Shown here: one piece after another, positions 1 through 8,038 of the stretch
Numbering within the stretch: position 1 is the stretch's first letter
Layout of the letters: every line of letters begins with the position of its first letter
Virus record (IMG/VR): IMGVR_UViG_3300021376_000037
Location: 12,998-76,997 of that record
DNA length: 64,000 nt
Strand: one strand, 5' to 3'
Origin: a virus
Position numbers and translations under genes: made by a program
The notes under the pieces: generated by a model
The model's database searches: none
The model's input: only the letters and a program-made list of their open reading frames with translations
Told to the model about the DNA's origin: nothing

Positions 1-285
1 TTACAATTAGGTTATGCAGATACAATGTGGCATTCCCAATGCGATTTTAATTGGACGCAAGATATACAGTTTGAAGAGAATGACAGTAGAAAAACTACAT
101 TTGACCCATACATAAATTTAAAATGCGGAATAGGTATTTTAGCTAATCAAATACAAAGACATGGTAAAATTATCCTAAACCGTGGAGCATATTGGTCTGT
201 ATTAAAAGATGGACACAAAAATAGCAGATTAGAAGGCATAAGAAAGATAGTCATACAATACGACATGTGTAAAATAAATGAATAA
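1..285 (+). CDS. Lytic transglycosylase (SLT-like), 5'-truncated by the window
   Basis: Frame is open from base 1 (LQLGYAD...). The LQL.Y.D, NL.CG..IL and GAYWS.L motifs resemble the C-terminal half of an SLT domain. Confidence 0.55.
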   Translation, partial: LQLGYADTMWHSQCDFNWTQDIQFEENDSRKTTFDPYINLKCGIGILANQIQRHGKIILNRGAYWSVLKDGHKNSRLEGIRKIVIQYDMCKINE

Positions 286-601
286 TAACATAAAGATAGC
301 AATAGTGGCACTATGTCTGATTAGTAACGGAATATTTGCAGCATTTCTTTCCAAATCTATCCGTTCTGGAAATACCGAATGGTATTGGTCATATTTAACA
401 AGTTTTATTAGTGCTTCTATATTTGCTTATCAACTAAAAGAAAGAATGTTGCCACTAACAGTAACTTCTGTATTCCAAACGTTTTTCTTTCATGCAGCTT
501 GGTATGCGACAGCATTTTTTATTATGTCTAACGAATTACATGGACATAAATTAATAGGACTTTTGCTTGCTTTTTGTGGTATGATAGTAATGAGTCTATA
601 A
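278..601 (+). CDS. Small 4-TM membrane protein, SMR/EamA (DMT)-like
   Basis: 107 aa with four hydrophobic segments, ending in E.....KLIGLLLAFCGMIVM, a DMT-type C-terminus. Confidence 0.55.
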   Translation: MNNNIKIAIVALCLISNGIFAAFLSKSIRSGNTEWYWSYLTSFISASIFAYQLKERMLPLTVTSVFQTFFFHAAWYATAFFIMSNELHGHKLIGLLLAFCGMIVMSL

Positions 602-610
602 GGAGGCTTT

Positions 611-865
611 ATGAGTTATTCACAAGCAGAAATACAAAACGCTGTAAATTATTCATGTGAAAGTTGTGACAACGAAACATTTAAGCAGGTATTTGTAATT
701 AAAAGAATTTCAGCCCTAGTTTCAAAAGAAGGTAAAGATACATTTGTTCCAATTCCTATTTTTTCATGCGATATATGTGGTCATATAAATGAAATTTTTT
801 CTAAAGATTTAAAAATCAACGATAAGTCCTCAGAAAAAGATTCAGTTTCTAACATACAATTATAA
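611..865 (+). CDS. Zinc-ribbon protein
   Basis: CESC...CDICGH; strong SD AGGAGG at 601-606. Confidence 0.7.
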   Translation: MSYSQAEIQNAVNYSCESCDNETFKQVFVIKRISALVSKEGKDTFVPIPIFSCDICGHINEIFSKDLKINDKSSEKDSVSNIQL

Positions 866-870
866 ACTAG

Positions 871-899
871 TTGACTGTTAGTTCAAATAAATGTATGAT
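871..899 (+). promoter_or_regulatory. Sigma70-type promoter
   Basis: TTGACT (871-876), 17 bp, TATGAT (894-899), upstream of the HNH gene. Confidence 0.7.
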
Positions 900-909
900 T
901 GGCAGATAA

Positions 910-1449
910 ATGGAGACTTTAAATATGAAAGTTCTTGCTTTATCTGCCAATTATGAACCTTTAGGAGTGGTAACTTGGGAGCGTGCTATTACGCTGGTTT
1001 ACTCTAATAAGGCGTTTACTGTTGAAGAATATAATTGCACTGTCCGGTCGCCTTCTACAGAATTTAAAGTTCCGGCAGTTATAGTTTTTAAAAAAGGTTA
1101 TATTGGCAATAAACGAAATTCTGTAAGATTTTCTCGTAGAAACGTTTGGATTCGTGATGAAGGTAAATGCCAATACTGCCATTTACACGTTTCTCTTTCT
1201 ACTTTTACAATCGATCACGTTATTCCAAAGAAAAACGGTGGACAAACAGTATGGGATAATGTTGTTGCCTGTTGTTATGCCTGCAATCAGAAAAAAGGCG
1301 ATAAAACTGTAAAAGAAACCGGTTTCAAGCTATTTAAATTACCGAAGAAACCAAATAGACTTCCATATATTCAAGAAATAACTGATGGACAATATAATTT
1401 AGAAAAAAATATTCCTGAACAATGGAAGTTCTATTTAGAAAGATTTTAA
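910..1449 (+). CDS. HNH endonuclease (McrA-like)
   Basis: VLAL.ANYEPL N-terminus, RDEGKCQYC, TIDHVIP, W.NVVACC..CNQKKG. Confidence 0.9.
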   Translation: METLNMKVLALSANYEPLGVVTWERAITLVYSNKAFTVEEYNCTVRSPSTEFKVPAVIVFKKGYIGNKRNSVRFSRRNVWIRDEGKCQYCHLHVSLSTFTIDHVIPKKNGGQTVWDNVVACCYACNQKKGDKTVKETGFKLFKLPKKPNRLPYIQEITDGQYNLEKNIPEQWKFYLERF

Positions 1450-2064
1450 ATGAGAATTACAGTTATTGATACCGAAACAACAGGTCTAGACTTGTCAAAG
1501 CATGAAATTATTCAAATTGGAGTAGTGCAACTACAACAAGAAGATTTCGGAGATATAAAATCTCTAGCAGAATATGAATGTAATATTCGGCCATACAATA
1601 TTAAATCTGCTAGTCCAGAAGCATTAAAAATTAATGGCTATACAGAAGAAAAATGGAAACATTCAATTAGTTTTAAAGATATGTTTAACCCATTAAATCA
1701 TATTTGGGAAAAAAGCGACCTACTTCTTGGACAAAATCTTATATTTGATTTACGATTTATTACTAAACATTATAAAAGATATGGCCTTGATAGACCAATG
1801 TTTCCTCGCTATTTAGACACTAAACACATGGGTTCTCAATTAGTTAACGAAGGAATTATGAAATCATCTTCAATGGACAGCATGTGCAAGCATTTTAATA
1901 TAAAGTTTAAAGGCAGGGCACATACAGCGTTGACAGATTGCCAAAGGACTGTTACTCTATGGAGACAGTTGGGTAAGTACGCAGAAGCAAAGAAGTTTTC
2001 CTACGAGGAGCCATACGATCCACATGCAAAAACGAATTCTAATGCCAGATCATCTAAGCAATAA
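1450..2064 (+). CDS. DEDDh 3'-5' exonuclease (DnaQ-like)
   Basis: ExoI IDTETTG, ExoII QNLIFD, ExoIII AHTALTD. Confidence 0.9.
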   Translation: MRITVIDTETTGLDLSKHEIIQIGVVQLQQEDFGDIKSLAEYECNIRPYNIKSASPEALKINGYTEEKWKHSISFKDMFNPLNHIWEKSDLLLGQNLIFDLRFITKHYKRYGLDRPMFPRYLDTKHMGSQLVNEGIMKSSSMDSMCKHFNIKFKGRAHTALTDCQRTVTLWRQLGKYAEAKKFSYEEPYDPHAKTNSNARSSKQ

Positions 2065-2218
2065 AGATGTAGACAGTATAGTGTATGTTTTTTCTAAAAT
2101 GTCTGTTGCTTCAAAACACGATTTCCTAGCAGCGTTGATGGTAGAACACCCAGAACACTTTCCAAAAATCACTGATGCCCTTGGAAACGATTACAAAAAA
2201 TCTATGGTGCTAGCATGA
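2024..2218 (+). CDS. Hypothetical protein
   Basis: ORF in the gene chain; ATGA overlap with the next gene. Confidence 0.55.
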   Translation: MQKRILMPDHLSNKDVDSIVYVFSKMSVASKHDFLAALMVEHPEHFPKITDALGNDYKKSMVLA

Positions 2219-2433
2219 AAGAGGGAGATTTAGTTAAAGTTGCTATTGACAATAAAAATGATAAAATGTTTGCATATGGCATATTAACTAATAATACCCC
2301 AGAAACTGGTCTTGATGGATATAAAGAAGTATGGTTGTTTAAATATCCAAATATATTTGGTGATATGCCTCCTCAAAAAAGCTTATACGTTAAAGAACGT
2401 ATTACCCACATCAAGACGTTTGAAGATTGGTAG
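2215..2433 (+). CDS. Hypothetical protein (KOW/SH3-like start)
   Basis: Starts MKEGDLVKV; coupled to the upstream gene. Confidence 0.6.
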   Translation: MKEGDLVKVAIDNKNDKMFAYGILTNNTPETGLDGYKEVWLFKYPNIFGDMPPQKSLYVKERITHIKTFEDW

Positions 2434-2446
2434 GACTAAATAATAT

Positions 2447-2629
2447 ATGGGTATTTATGCCCATAAGGAGTTTGATATGTTCCTCCCAGCCATAGCTGAA
2501 AAACTAAAGAAAGAAAAAGATCTACCAATTGAAAAACATTTAGAATTGCCTATATATTACGAACAAATGCCGCAAAATAAACAAGAAAAACAATCAAATC
2601 AAACAGTTATACATATTCAAATAATCTAA
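2447..2629 (+). CDS. Hypothetical protein
   Basis: 60 aa ORF with AGGA SD. Confidence 0.55.
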   Translation: MGIYAHKEFDMFLPAIAEKLKKEKDLPIEKHLELPIYYEQMPQNKQEKQSNQTVIHIQII

Positions 2630-2654
2630 TTAAAATAGAAATTTAAGATGTGAG

Positions 2655-2690
2655 AAACTACTTATGACATAGCGCATAAGTAGTTTTTTT
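2655..2690 (+). terminator. Intrinsic terminator hairpin with the late-promoter motif in its 5' arm
   Basis: AAACTACTTATG (2655-2666) / CATAAGTAGTTT (2675-2686) perfect inverted repeat; T run to 2690. Confidence 0.7.
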
Positions 2691-2696
2691 CATTTT

Positions 2697-3518
2697 ATGA
2701 ACCTATTACTAGAAAACATTAGTTACGACGATCTTAAAAAATATCTAAAAGAGTTCTATAATTATGCTAAAAAAGAACTTGTGTTAGATAGACCTCCGCG
2801 TTTATTCTTAAAAGAAGATCAAGAAAACGCAAATGATTTATTAGGAAAAACAGGATATTACGATCCGCAAAAGGAAGAAATACATTTATTTATAACTGAT
2901 AGACACGGTAAAGATATAATTCGTTCTTTTTCACATGAACTAGTGCATCACTGTCAAAAATTACATGGTATGAACGATAATATCGATTTGTCAGCGACAA
3001 AAGATCCTGCATATGCTTCTAAGAATCCGCAGTTAAGAGAAATGGAACGTGATGCTTTTGAGCGCGGAAATATGATTTTTAGAGATTGGACAGACATGAA
3101 AAAATCGGAGAAAAACAAAATGTTAAATGAAAAGAAAAGTAAAGGTAAAAAACCAAAAACTTTTGCGGGTAAAGTAAAAAGAGTGCAACAAAAAAATCCT
3201 GATCTTTCTAAATCTTCTGCTGAAAGAATTATAGGCGCTCAAGTTGCTGGTGAAAAAAAGAATGAAACAAAAAAACCATTAACTATTAAAGAAAAGGCAA
3301 AATTACAAGCTAAAGAACATGTAAAAGCAGCTTTGGGAAGAGGAGATTATATGAAAGAAGAAAGTCCGCAAGAAATAAAAGAAGAATTAAAGCAAGAGCA
3401 AAATAAAAATCCATATCCTCAATTATTTACTGAAAAAGAGCGTTTGCTAAAAGACGCCTTTAATAAAAGAGAAGATGTTATATATCAAGAATTAATTCGC
3501 AGATTTATTAAAAAATAA
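2697..3518 (+). CDS. HExxH zincin-like protein, probable head-internal protein
   Basis: RSFSHELVHHCQ motif with downstream EMERDA. Confidence 0.6.
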   Translation: MNLLLENISYDDLKKYLKEFYNYAKKELVLDRPPRLFLKEDQENANDLLGKTGYYDPQKEEIHLFITDRHGKDIIRSFSHELVHHCQKLHGMNDNIDLSATKDPAYASKNPQLREMERDAFERGNMIFRDWTDMKKSEKNKMLNEKKSKGKKPKTFAGKVKRVQQKNPDLSKSSAERIIGAQVAGEKKNETKKPLTIKEKAKLQAKEHVKAALGRGDYMKEESPQEIKEELKQEQNKNPYPQLFTEKERLLKDAFNKREDVIYQELIRRFIKK

Positions 3519-3680
3519 ATGGCAAGAGATTTTACAATAAAAATTGATCCTAATGAATTAACTGGTAGTGTTAACGGTAATATTGTACAAGTGCCGTTTA
3601 TTAGACACGTTAATAGTGTGCCGTCGCTTAAGCAAGATTCAGAAGCTTATACGGTTTATAATGGTGGAAAAAAGGTATAA
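3519..3680 (+). CDS. Hypothetical 53-aa protein (not in the ORF track)
   Basis: ATG directly follows the upstream TAA; MARDFTIKIDPNELTGS...GGKKV* fills the gap exactly. Confidence 0.55.
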   Translation: MARDFTIKIDPNELTGSVNGNIVQVPFIRHVNSVPSLKQDSEAYTVYNGGKKV

Positions 3681-3683
3681 CCC

Positions 3684-5162
3684 ATGTCACAAACTATTTT
3701 AGAGAGCGGTTTAGAAACTAAAAAAGAATTAACTTTTTCTAAAATAAAAGAAATTTTAACTTCCGCTTGCGATGTTAGTTTAAAAAAAACAAAAGAGCTA
3801 TCAGGACAAAAAGTTTTTATTTCCTTTGTTGACGGCAAGGCAAGAACAATTATCAATTCATCAGATAAAAAAACTGGTGGTATTACAGCAGCTGAAATAG
3901 AAAATAAAATATCTGATAAAGATAAAAGTTTGTCGTTGAAAAATGCAATTAATAGTTTTGAAAAAATAATAAATACATATATTAGTCATGAGCAACAAAA
4001 AGAATTATTTGAAGAAACAGATACAGATAATTTACAACAAGAAGAAAAAAGATATATTTATTATTTTGGTTTTCAAATAATGGATCATAGTAACAATGAA
4101 ATGATAAATTATGATACAAAAACTTTTATTTTAAATCATAATGAATATAAAAAAATAGATTATGCAACAGGTAAAGAAATACCTGCTGATTCTTCCGATG
4201 TGTCTAAAAGATCTAATAAGTTAGAAAAAATTATCAACTCTGCCCAAGACGATAAGAATTCAGATTCTAATCACAATGAAATATCAGCTTTTAAAAAATT
4301 ATCTTCTTTATCTGATAAGGTTCCTTTAAATACAGCGATAAATAAAATTGATTCTTTATTATCTGCTACTAACAGTTATATAAATAACGAAGAGTTATCT
4401 TTAACAGACGAATCTTCTATAGATGATTTTATGTTAGCAAGAGTTATCGCTTATATAAACACTATTTTAAAACATAAAAAAATTAATGTAGACCCCATGT
4501 TAAAAGTTGCTATTGCTAAAACTGTTATGGGGGTCGGTGGAATATCTATAGTTGATATTTCTAAAAAATTAGAAGACAAAGATAAAAAATATATAAAAGA
4601 AAATATAATTAACCCAAATAGTAAAAAAGCTATTATAAAAAAGTCTATCTATCCATTAGAGCTTATAATTAATAATTTTGCTGTAGATATGCTAAAAGGA
4701 ATGAAAAGCTTATTTTTATTAACTAAAAATAAAGATTTAGTAAGTATTAGCAAAGATATTGATTCAGCTATTAAGAGTATAGGTAATATAACGGACGGTG
4801 ATACTAAAAACATTTTAAAGAACGAAATAAGAAATCTTAAAAAAGCGGACGCCCTAAGCTCTACTAATAATGGTTTTACATTTATTTTTGATAATATTGT
4901 ATATAAATTTAATGGTAGTTACGAGCCAGTTAGTAAATTATTAAGTTTGCTAAATTACAAATCAGAAATTGAGCAATTAAATGAAAATGTTTTTGATATA
5001 AATGATATAATTAGTGAAGTTTTATCCTGTAAAAAAGAAAAGTATAATTTATTACGTAAAAAGAAGAAAGTAAAGGAAATGGCGGCGGCTGGTATGGGGG
5101 GCGCAATTACAGGATTTGGTGCTCCACTGATAGTTAAACGTAGAAGCTTAAGGAGATATTAA
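3684..5162 (+). CDS. Hypothetical 492-aa protein
   Basis: Long ORF with a Gly-rich tail, EMAAAGMGGAITGFGAPL. Confidence 0.75.
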   Translation: MSQTILESGLETKKELTFSKIKEILTSACDVSLKKTKELSGQKVFISFVDGKARTIINSSDKKTGGITAAEIENKISDKDKSLSLKNAINSFEKIINTYISHEQQKELFEETDTDNLQQEEKRYIYYFGFQIMDHSNNEMINYDTKTFILNHNEYKKIDYATGKEIPADSSDVSKRSNKLEKIINSAQDDKNSDSNHNEISAFKKLSSLSDKVPLNTAINKIDSLLSATNSYINNEELSLTDESSIDDFMLARVIAYINTILKHKKINVDPMLKVAIAKTVMGVGGISIVDISKKLEDKDKKYIKENIINPNSKKAIIKKSIYPLELIINNFAVDMLKGMKSLFLLTKNKDLVSISKDIDSAIKSIGNITDGDTKNILKNEIRNLKKADALSSTNNGFTFIFDNIVYKFNGSYEPVSKLLSLLNYKSEIEQLNENVFDINDIISEVLSCKKEKYNLLRKKKKVKEMAAAGMGGAITGFGAPLIVKRRSLRRY

Positions 5163-5163
5163 G

Positions 5164-6000
5164 ATGGAACATGTGCAAGTATTAAGAGAATATGTACGAA
5201 ATGTTTTGAGACAGTTAAAATCTAAACAAAGAGAAGAACTACGTCTAGAAAATCAAAACTTTAGAAGATTACGTAGAGAAATTCGTAAAGTATTGCGAGA
5301 AAAACAAGACACTACTCAACATAATTCTACAGGTCTTAATGCATTAGAGAAACTTTTAAATAGCATTGTTCCAATTCTAGAAGTCGGATATAAAGATTTA
5401 AAAACAGACGTTTCACAACGCACATCCTTCAAAGCACACATAGTACGTGGTATACAAAATTTATTGTCTACAGCAGATTTATATTCTAGAGTAGACGACG
5501 AAATAACGGGTGATGTTGCTCCACAGGAAGAACCACAAGAACAATTAGAAGAAGAAGATGGCGTAGACGTAAAATTAACTCCTGAAAAGAATCCTAAGTT
5601 TATTGATATTGACAAGGATAAAAAAGATAAAGAACAGCAGCAACAAAATGATCCAATGAATGCATTTCAACCAGTAGAAGGAGAAGACTTAACTGGTAGA
5701 AACTTTGCCTTGGAAACATTCAAGAAAATTCAAAAACAAATTTTAGAAACATTTTCACTCCTTTCAGACGAAAAAGATAGAGATATTTTCTACAGATATT
5801 TAATAACAAATGTTAAATTGTACTTTGACAAGTTTGAAACTGAATTACAAGCTACCCCGGAGGAACCCACAACTCCTGAATATGAAGCCGAGAAAGCAAA
5901 ACTAGATGCAGAGTTACAAGCATCAGCACCACCGACTGGTGGAGAAATGGCAGCGCCACCGGAACCGGGATTAGAACAACCAATTGAAGAGCCAGCATAA
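5164..6000 (+). CDS. Hypothetical protein, probable prohead-core/internal protein
   Basis: Repeated LRxx(V/I)RxVL helices and acidic Pro-rich linkers. Confidence 0.7.
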   Translation: MEHVQVLREYVRNVLRQLKSKQREELRLENQNFRRLRREIRKVLREKQDTTQHNSTGLNALEKLLNSIVPILEVGYKDLKTDVSQRTSFKAHIVRGIQNLLSTADLYSRVDDEITGDVAPQEEPQEQLEEEDGVDVKLTPEKNPKFIDIDKDKKDKEQQQQNDPMNAFQPVEGEDLTGRNFALETFKKIQKQILETFSLLSDEKDRDIFYRYLITNVKLYFDKFETELQATPEEPTTPEYEAEKAKLDAELQASAPPTGGEMAAPPEPGLEQPIEEPA

Positions 6001-6069
6001 TAAGCATAACCAGAAAGTACAACAACAAAAATTTGTAGTTAAATCTAAATATTAAAAAGGAATATAAAC

Positions 6070-6309
6070 ATGAATCCTGCAAAACGTAAAAAATTATACA
6101 GACAAAGTTTAGCTCAACAAAAACAACAAGTTGCTGTTCAAGTTAAACCAGTTGAAAAATCAGTTGAAAAAAAAGAAGTAGTCGTTGAAAGCGTTGTTCA
6201 GCAAGCTGTTTCTACAGAATCTTCAAATGTGGAGCTAGGTTTAAAAGTGACTGAGACTACAGAAGACAAAAAAGATAAGAAAAAGAAAACTGCTACACAA
6301 GAAGCTTAA
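6070..6309 (+). CDS. Hypothetical charged low-complexity protein
   Basis: SD AAAGGA; K/E/V-rich. Confidence 0.65.
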   Translation: MNPAKRKKLYRQSLAQQKQQVAVQVKPVEKSVEKKEVVVESVVQQAVSTESSNVELGLKVTETTEDKKDKKKKTATQEA

Positions 6310-6329
6310 TTGTGTTATAGTGGTTAGTT

Positions 6330-6611
6330 ATGAGCCACAAAACATATAAGCTAATTGGTGAAGAAATAGGCAGTTTAGTAGATGAAAAAAATGCTGCATA
6401 CGGTAGTTCGTTTGCTGAATCTTATAAAATCTTGAGCGTCTTATATCCAGATGGTATTAAACCACATCAATATACAGACGCTCTTGCTATTATAAGAGTA
6501 ATAGATAAATTATTTAGAATAGCCAACAAAAAAGATGCATTTGGTGAATCTCCTTGGAGAGATATAGCAGGATATGCTATATTAGGAGTTGCCAATAATG
6601 AAAAAGAATAA
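6330..6611 (+). CDS. DUF1599/Nmad-like all-alpha nucleotide-modification-associated protein
   Basis: KNAAYGSSF, R..DKLFRI and D.AGYAIL motifs; extended -10 TGtTATAGT at 6313-6321. Confidence 0.6.
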   Translation: MSHKTYKLIGEEIGSLVDEKNAAYGSSFAESYKILSVLYPDGIKPHQYTDALAIIRVIDKLFRIANKKDAFGESPWRDIAGYAILGVANNEKE

Positions 6612-6996
6612 TTATAAAAATACTTGTAAAGATTATAGTATTAGTAAAGTATTAAGAGAAGAAAAAAGAAGTAATGAATACTTTGAAATAATGTTAAATA
6701 ATTTAACTTTAGAAGAATTAATAGCTTTAAAGTTAGAATTAGGATATAAAGCTATTGGATTTCCTTTACATGGGTTTCCTGTTTGGAGAAGTACTAATTA
6801 TATAGTAAAAGACGCATTATTAAAATATGCTGTTTCAGCTACACAAACTAAAAGAGAGGCAATGAGATTTTTAGGTTTAGAATCAAAAAGATTCTTTAGA
6901 TTATTGAAAAAATTTAATATCAATGCCTATTTCACCAAACAGGAAAAACAAACAGATGAATATAACAAAAGATCAGTTGAAGAAAATATATCCTAA
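6598..6996 (+). CDS. Fis-type HTH protein
   Basis: C-terminal KREAMRFLGLESKRFFRLLKKFNI matches the Fis/HTH_8 pattern. Confidence 0.55.
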   Translation: MKKNNYKNTCKDYSISKVLREEKRSNEYFEIMLNNLTLEELIALKLELGYKAIGFPLHGFPVWRSTNYIVKDALLKYAVSATQTKREAMRFLGLESKRFFRLLKKFNINAYFTKQEKQTDEYNKRSVEENIS

Positions 6997-7531
6997 TATA
7001 AGACCTGAAAAACTAGAGGTATATACAAATGCTTTTAATAAAGTTTTTCCTTCTTATTGTATCGATACCCCTAGACGGATTGCTGCATTTCTTGGACAAG
7101 TCGGCGTCGAAAGCGGAGAACTCAGATACGACAAAGAACTAGGCTCTAAATGGAACAAGAGAGATGTCGGTAATCGATTTGAACCTGTTGGTACTCTTTA
7201 TGAAGGACGCAAGAATTTAGGTAATACTCAAGTTGGCGATGGTCCTAAATTTATTGGTCGCGGCATTCTTCAGTTGACAGGTAGAGCAAACTATACTAAT
7301 ATGTCTAAGAAATTAGGAGTTGATTTAGTAAACAATCCTGAATTAGCATGTGATCCAGAAATAAGTACTAAAATTGCTTGTGAATATTTTAAAGAACGTG
7401 GTTTATTAGATTTATCTGATAAATGGAATTTAGAAGAAATAACACGTAGAGTAAATGGTAATGCTAAACTTCATCATGATTTGCGTGTACAATACAGCGA
7501 AAGAGCATTAAAAACTTTAAATCCATTTTAG
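6956..7531 (+). CDS. GH19 family endolysin
   Basis: RIAAFLGQVGVESG (catalytic Glu), YEGRKNLGN, GDG.KFIGRG.LQLTGRANY, ITRRVNG. Confidence 0.92.
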   Translation: MNITKDQLKKIYPNIRPEKLEVYTNAFNKVFPSYCIDTPRRIAAFLGQVGVESGELRYDKELGSKWNKRDVGNRFEPVGTLYEGRKNLGNTQVGDGPKFIGRGILQLTGRANYTNMSKKLGVDLVNNPELACDPEISTKIACEYFKERGLLDLSDKWNLEEITRRVNGNAKLHHDLRVQYSERALKTLNPF

Positions 7532-7532
7532 T

Positions 7533-7733
7533 ATGAATAATTATAAATTTTCCTGTGATGAATGTGGATGGCATAATGCTCCTAATATGATGGCTGTTGC
7601 ACATATCGGTTTTAAGTGGTATTGTAGTAGGTGTTTAGATAAATTCTTAAAAGAAGAAAAACGTAAACAAAAAGAAAAGCAACAAAGATTAGCAGAACAA
7701 CAATTAAATATTAGTGGCAGTAAGCCTGTATAG
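7533..7733 (+). CDS. Small Zn-finger protein
   Basis: CDEC...CSRC; the last 10 nt overlap tRNA-Thr. Confidence 0.55.
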   Translation: MNNYKFSCDECGWHNAPNMMAVAHIGFKWYCSRCLDKFLKEEKRKQKEKQQRLAEQQLNISGSKPV

Positions 7734-7795
7734 CACAGCGGTAGTGCAATAGTTTTGTAAACTATAGGTCGGGGGTTCAAATCCCTCTACAGGCT
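7724..7795 (+). tRNA. tRNA-Thr(UGU)
   Basis: Acceptor GCCTGTA/TACAGGC, anticodon arm ATAGT-tt-TGT-aa-ACTAT, T-loop TTCAAAT; no encoded CCA. Confidence 0.95.
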
Positions 7796-7801
7796 CAAAA
7801 T

Positions 7802-7875
7802 GCGAATATAGCTCAGTTGGTTAGAGCAGACGCTTGATAAGCGTCAGGTCAGTGGTTCAAATCCACTTATTCGCA
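7802..7875 (+). tRNA. tRNA-Ile(GAU)
   Basis: Acceptor GCGAATA/TATTCGC, anticodon arm GACGC-tt-GAT-aa-GCGTC. Confidence 0.95.
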
Positions 7876-7879
7876 CTAT

Positions 7880-7963
7880 GCCCGTGTGGTGTAATGGTAG
7901 CCACGGCAGATTCAAAATCTGCTGCCCCTTAAAGGCGTACTGGTTCAAGTCCGGTCACGGGTA
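7880..7963 (+). tRNA. tRNA-Leu(CAA)
   Basis: Acceptor GCCCGTG/CACGGGT, anticodon arm GCAGA-tt-CAA-aa-TCTGC, long variable arm, A73. Confidence 0.95.
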
Positions 7964-7966
7964 TTT

Positions 7967-8038
7967 GCAGGAATAGCTCAGTGGTAGAGCATCACGTTGC
8001 CAACGTGACGGTCGTGGGTTCAAATCCCATTTCCTGCT
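7967..8038 (+). tRNA. tRNA-Gly(GCC)
   Basis: Acceptor GCAGGAA/TTCCTGC, anticodon arm TCACG-tt-GCC-aa-CGTGA, U73. Confidence 0.95.

Noticed and set aside
910-1449. Intron-encoded homing endonuclease
   Set aside because: Free-standing McrA-like HNH gene with its own promoter; no interrupted gene flanks it.
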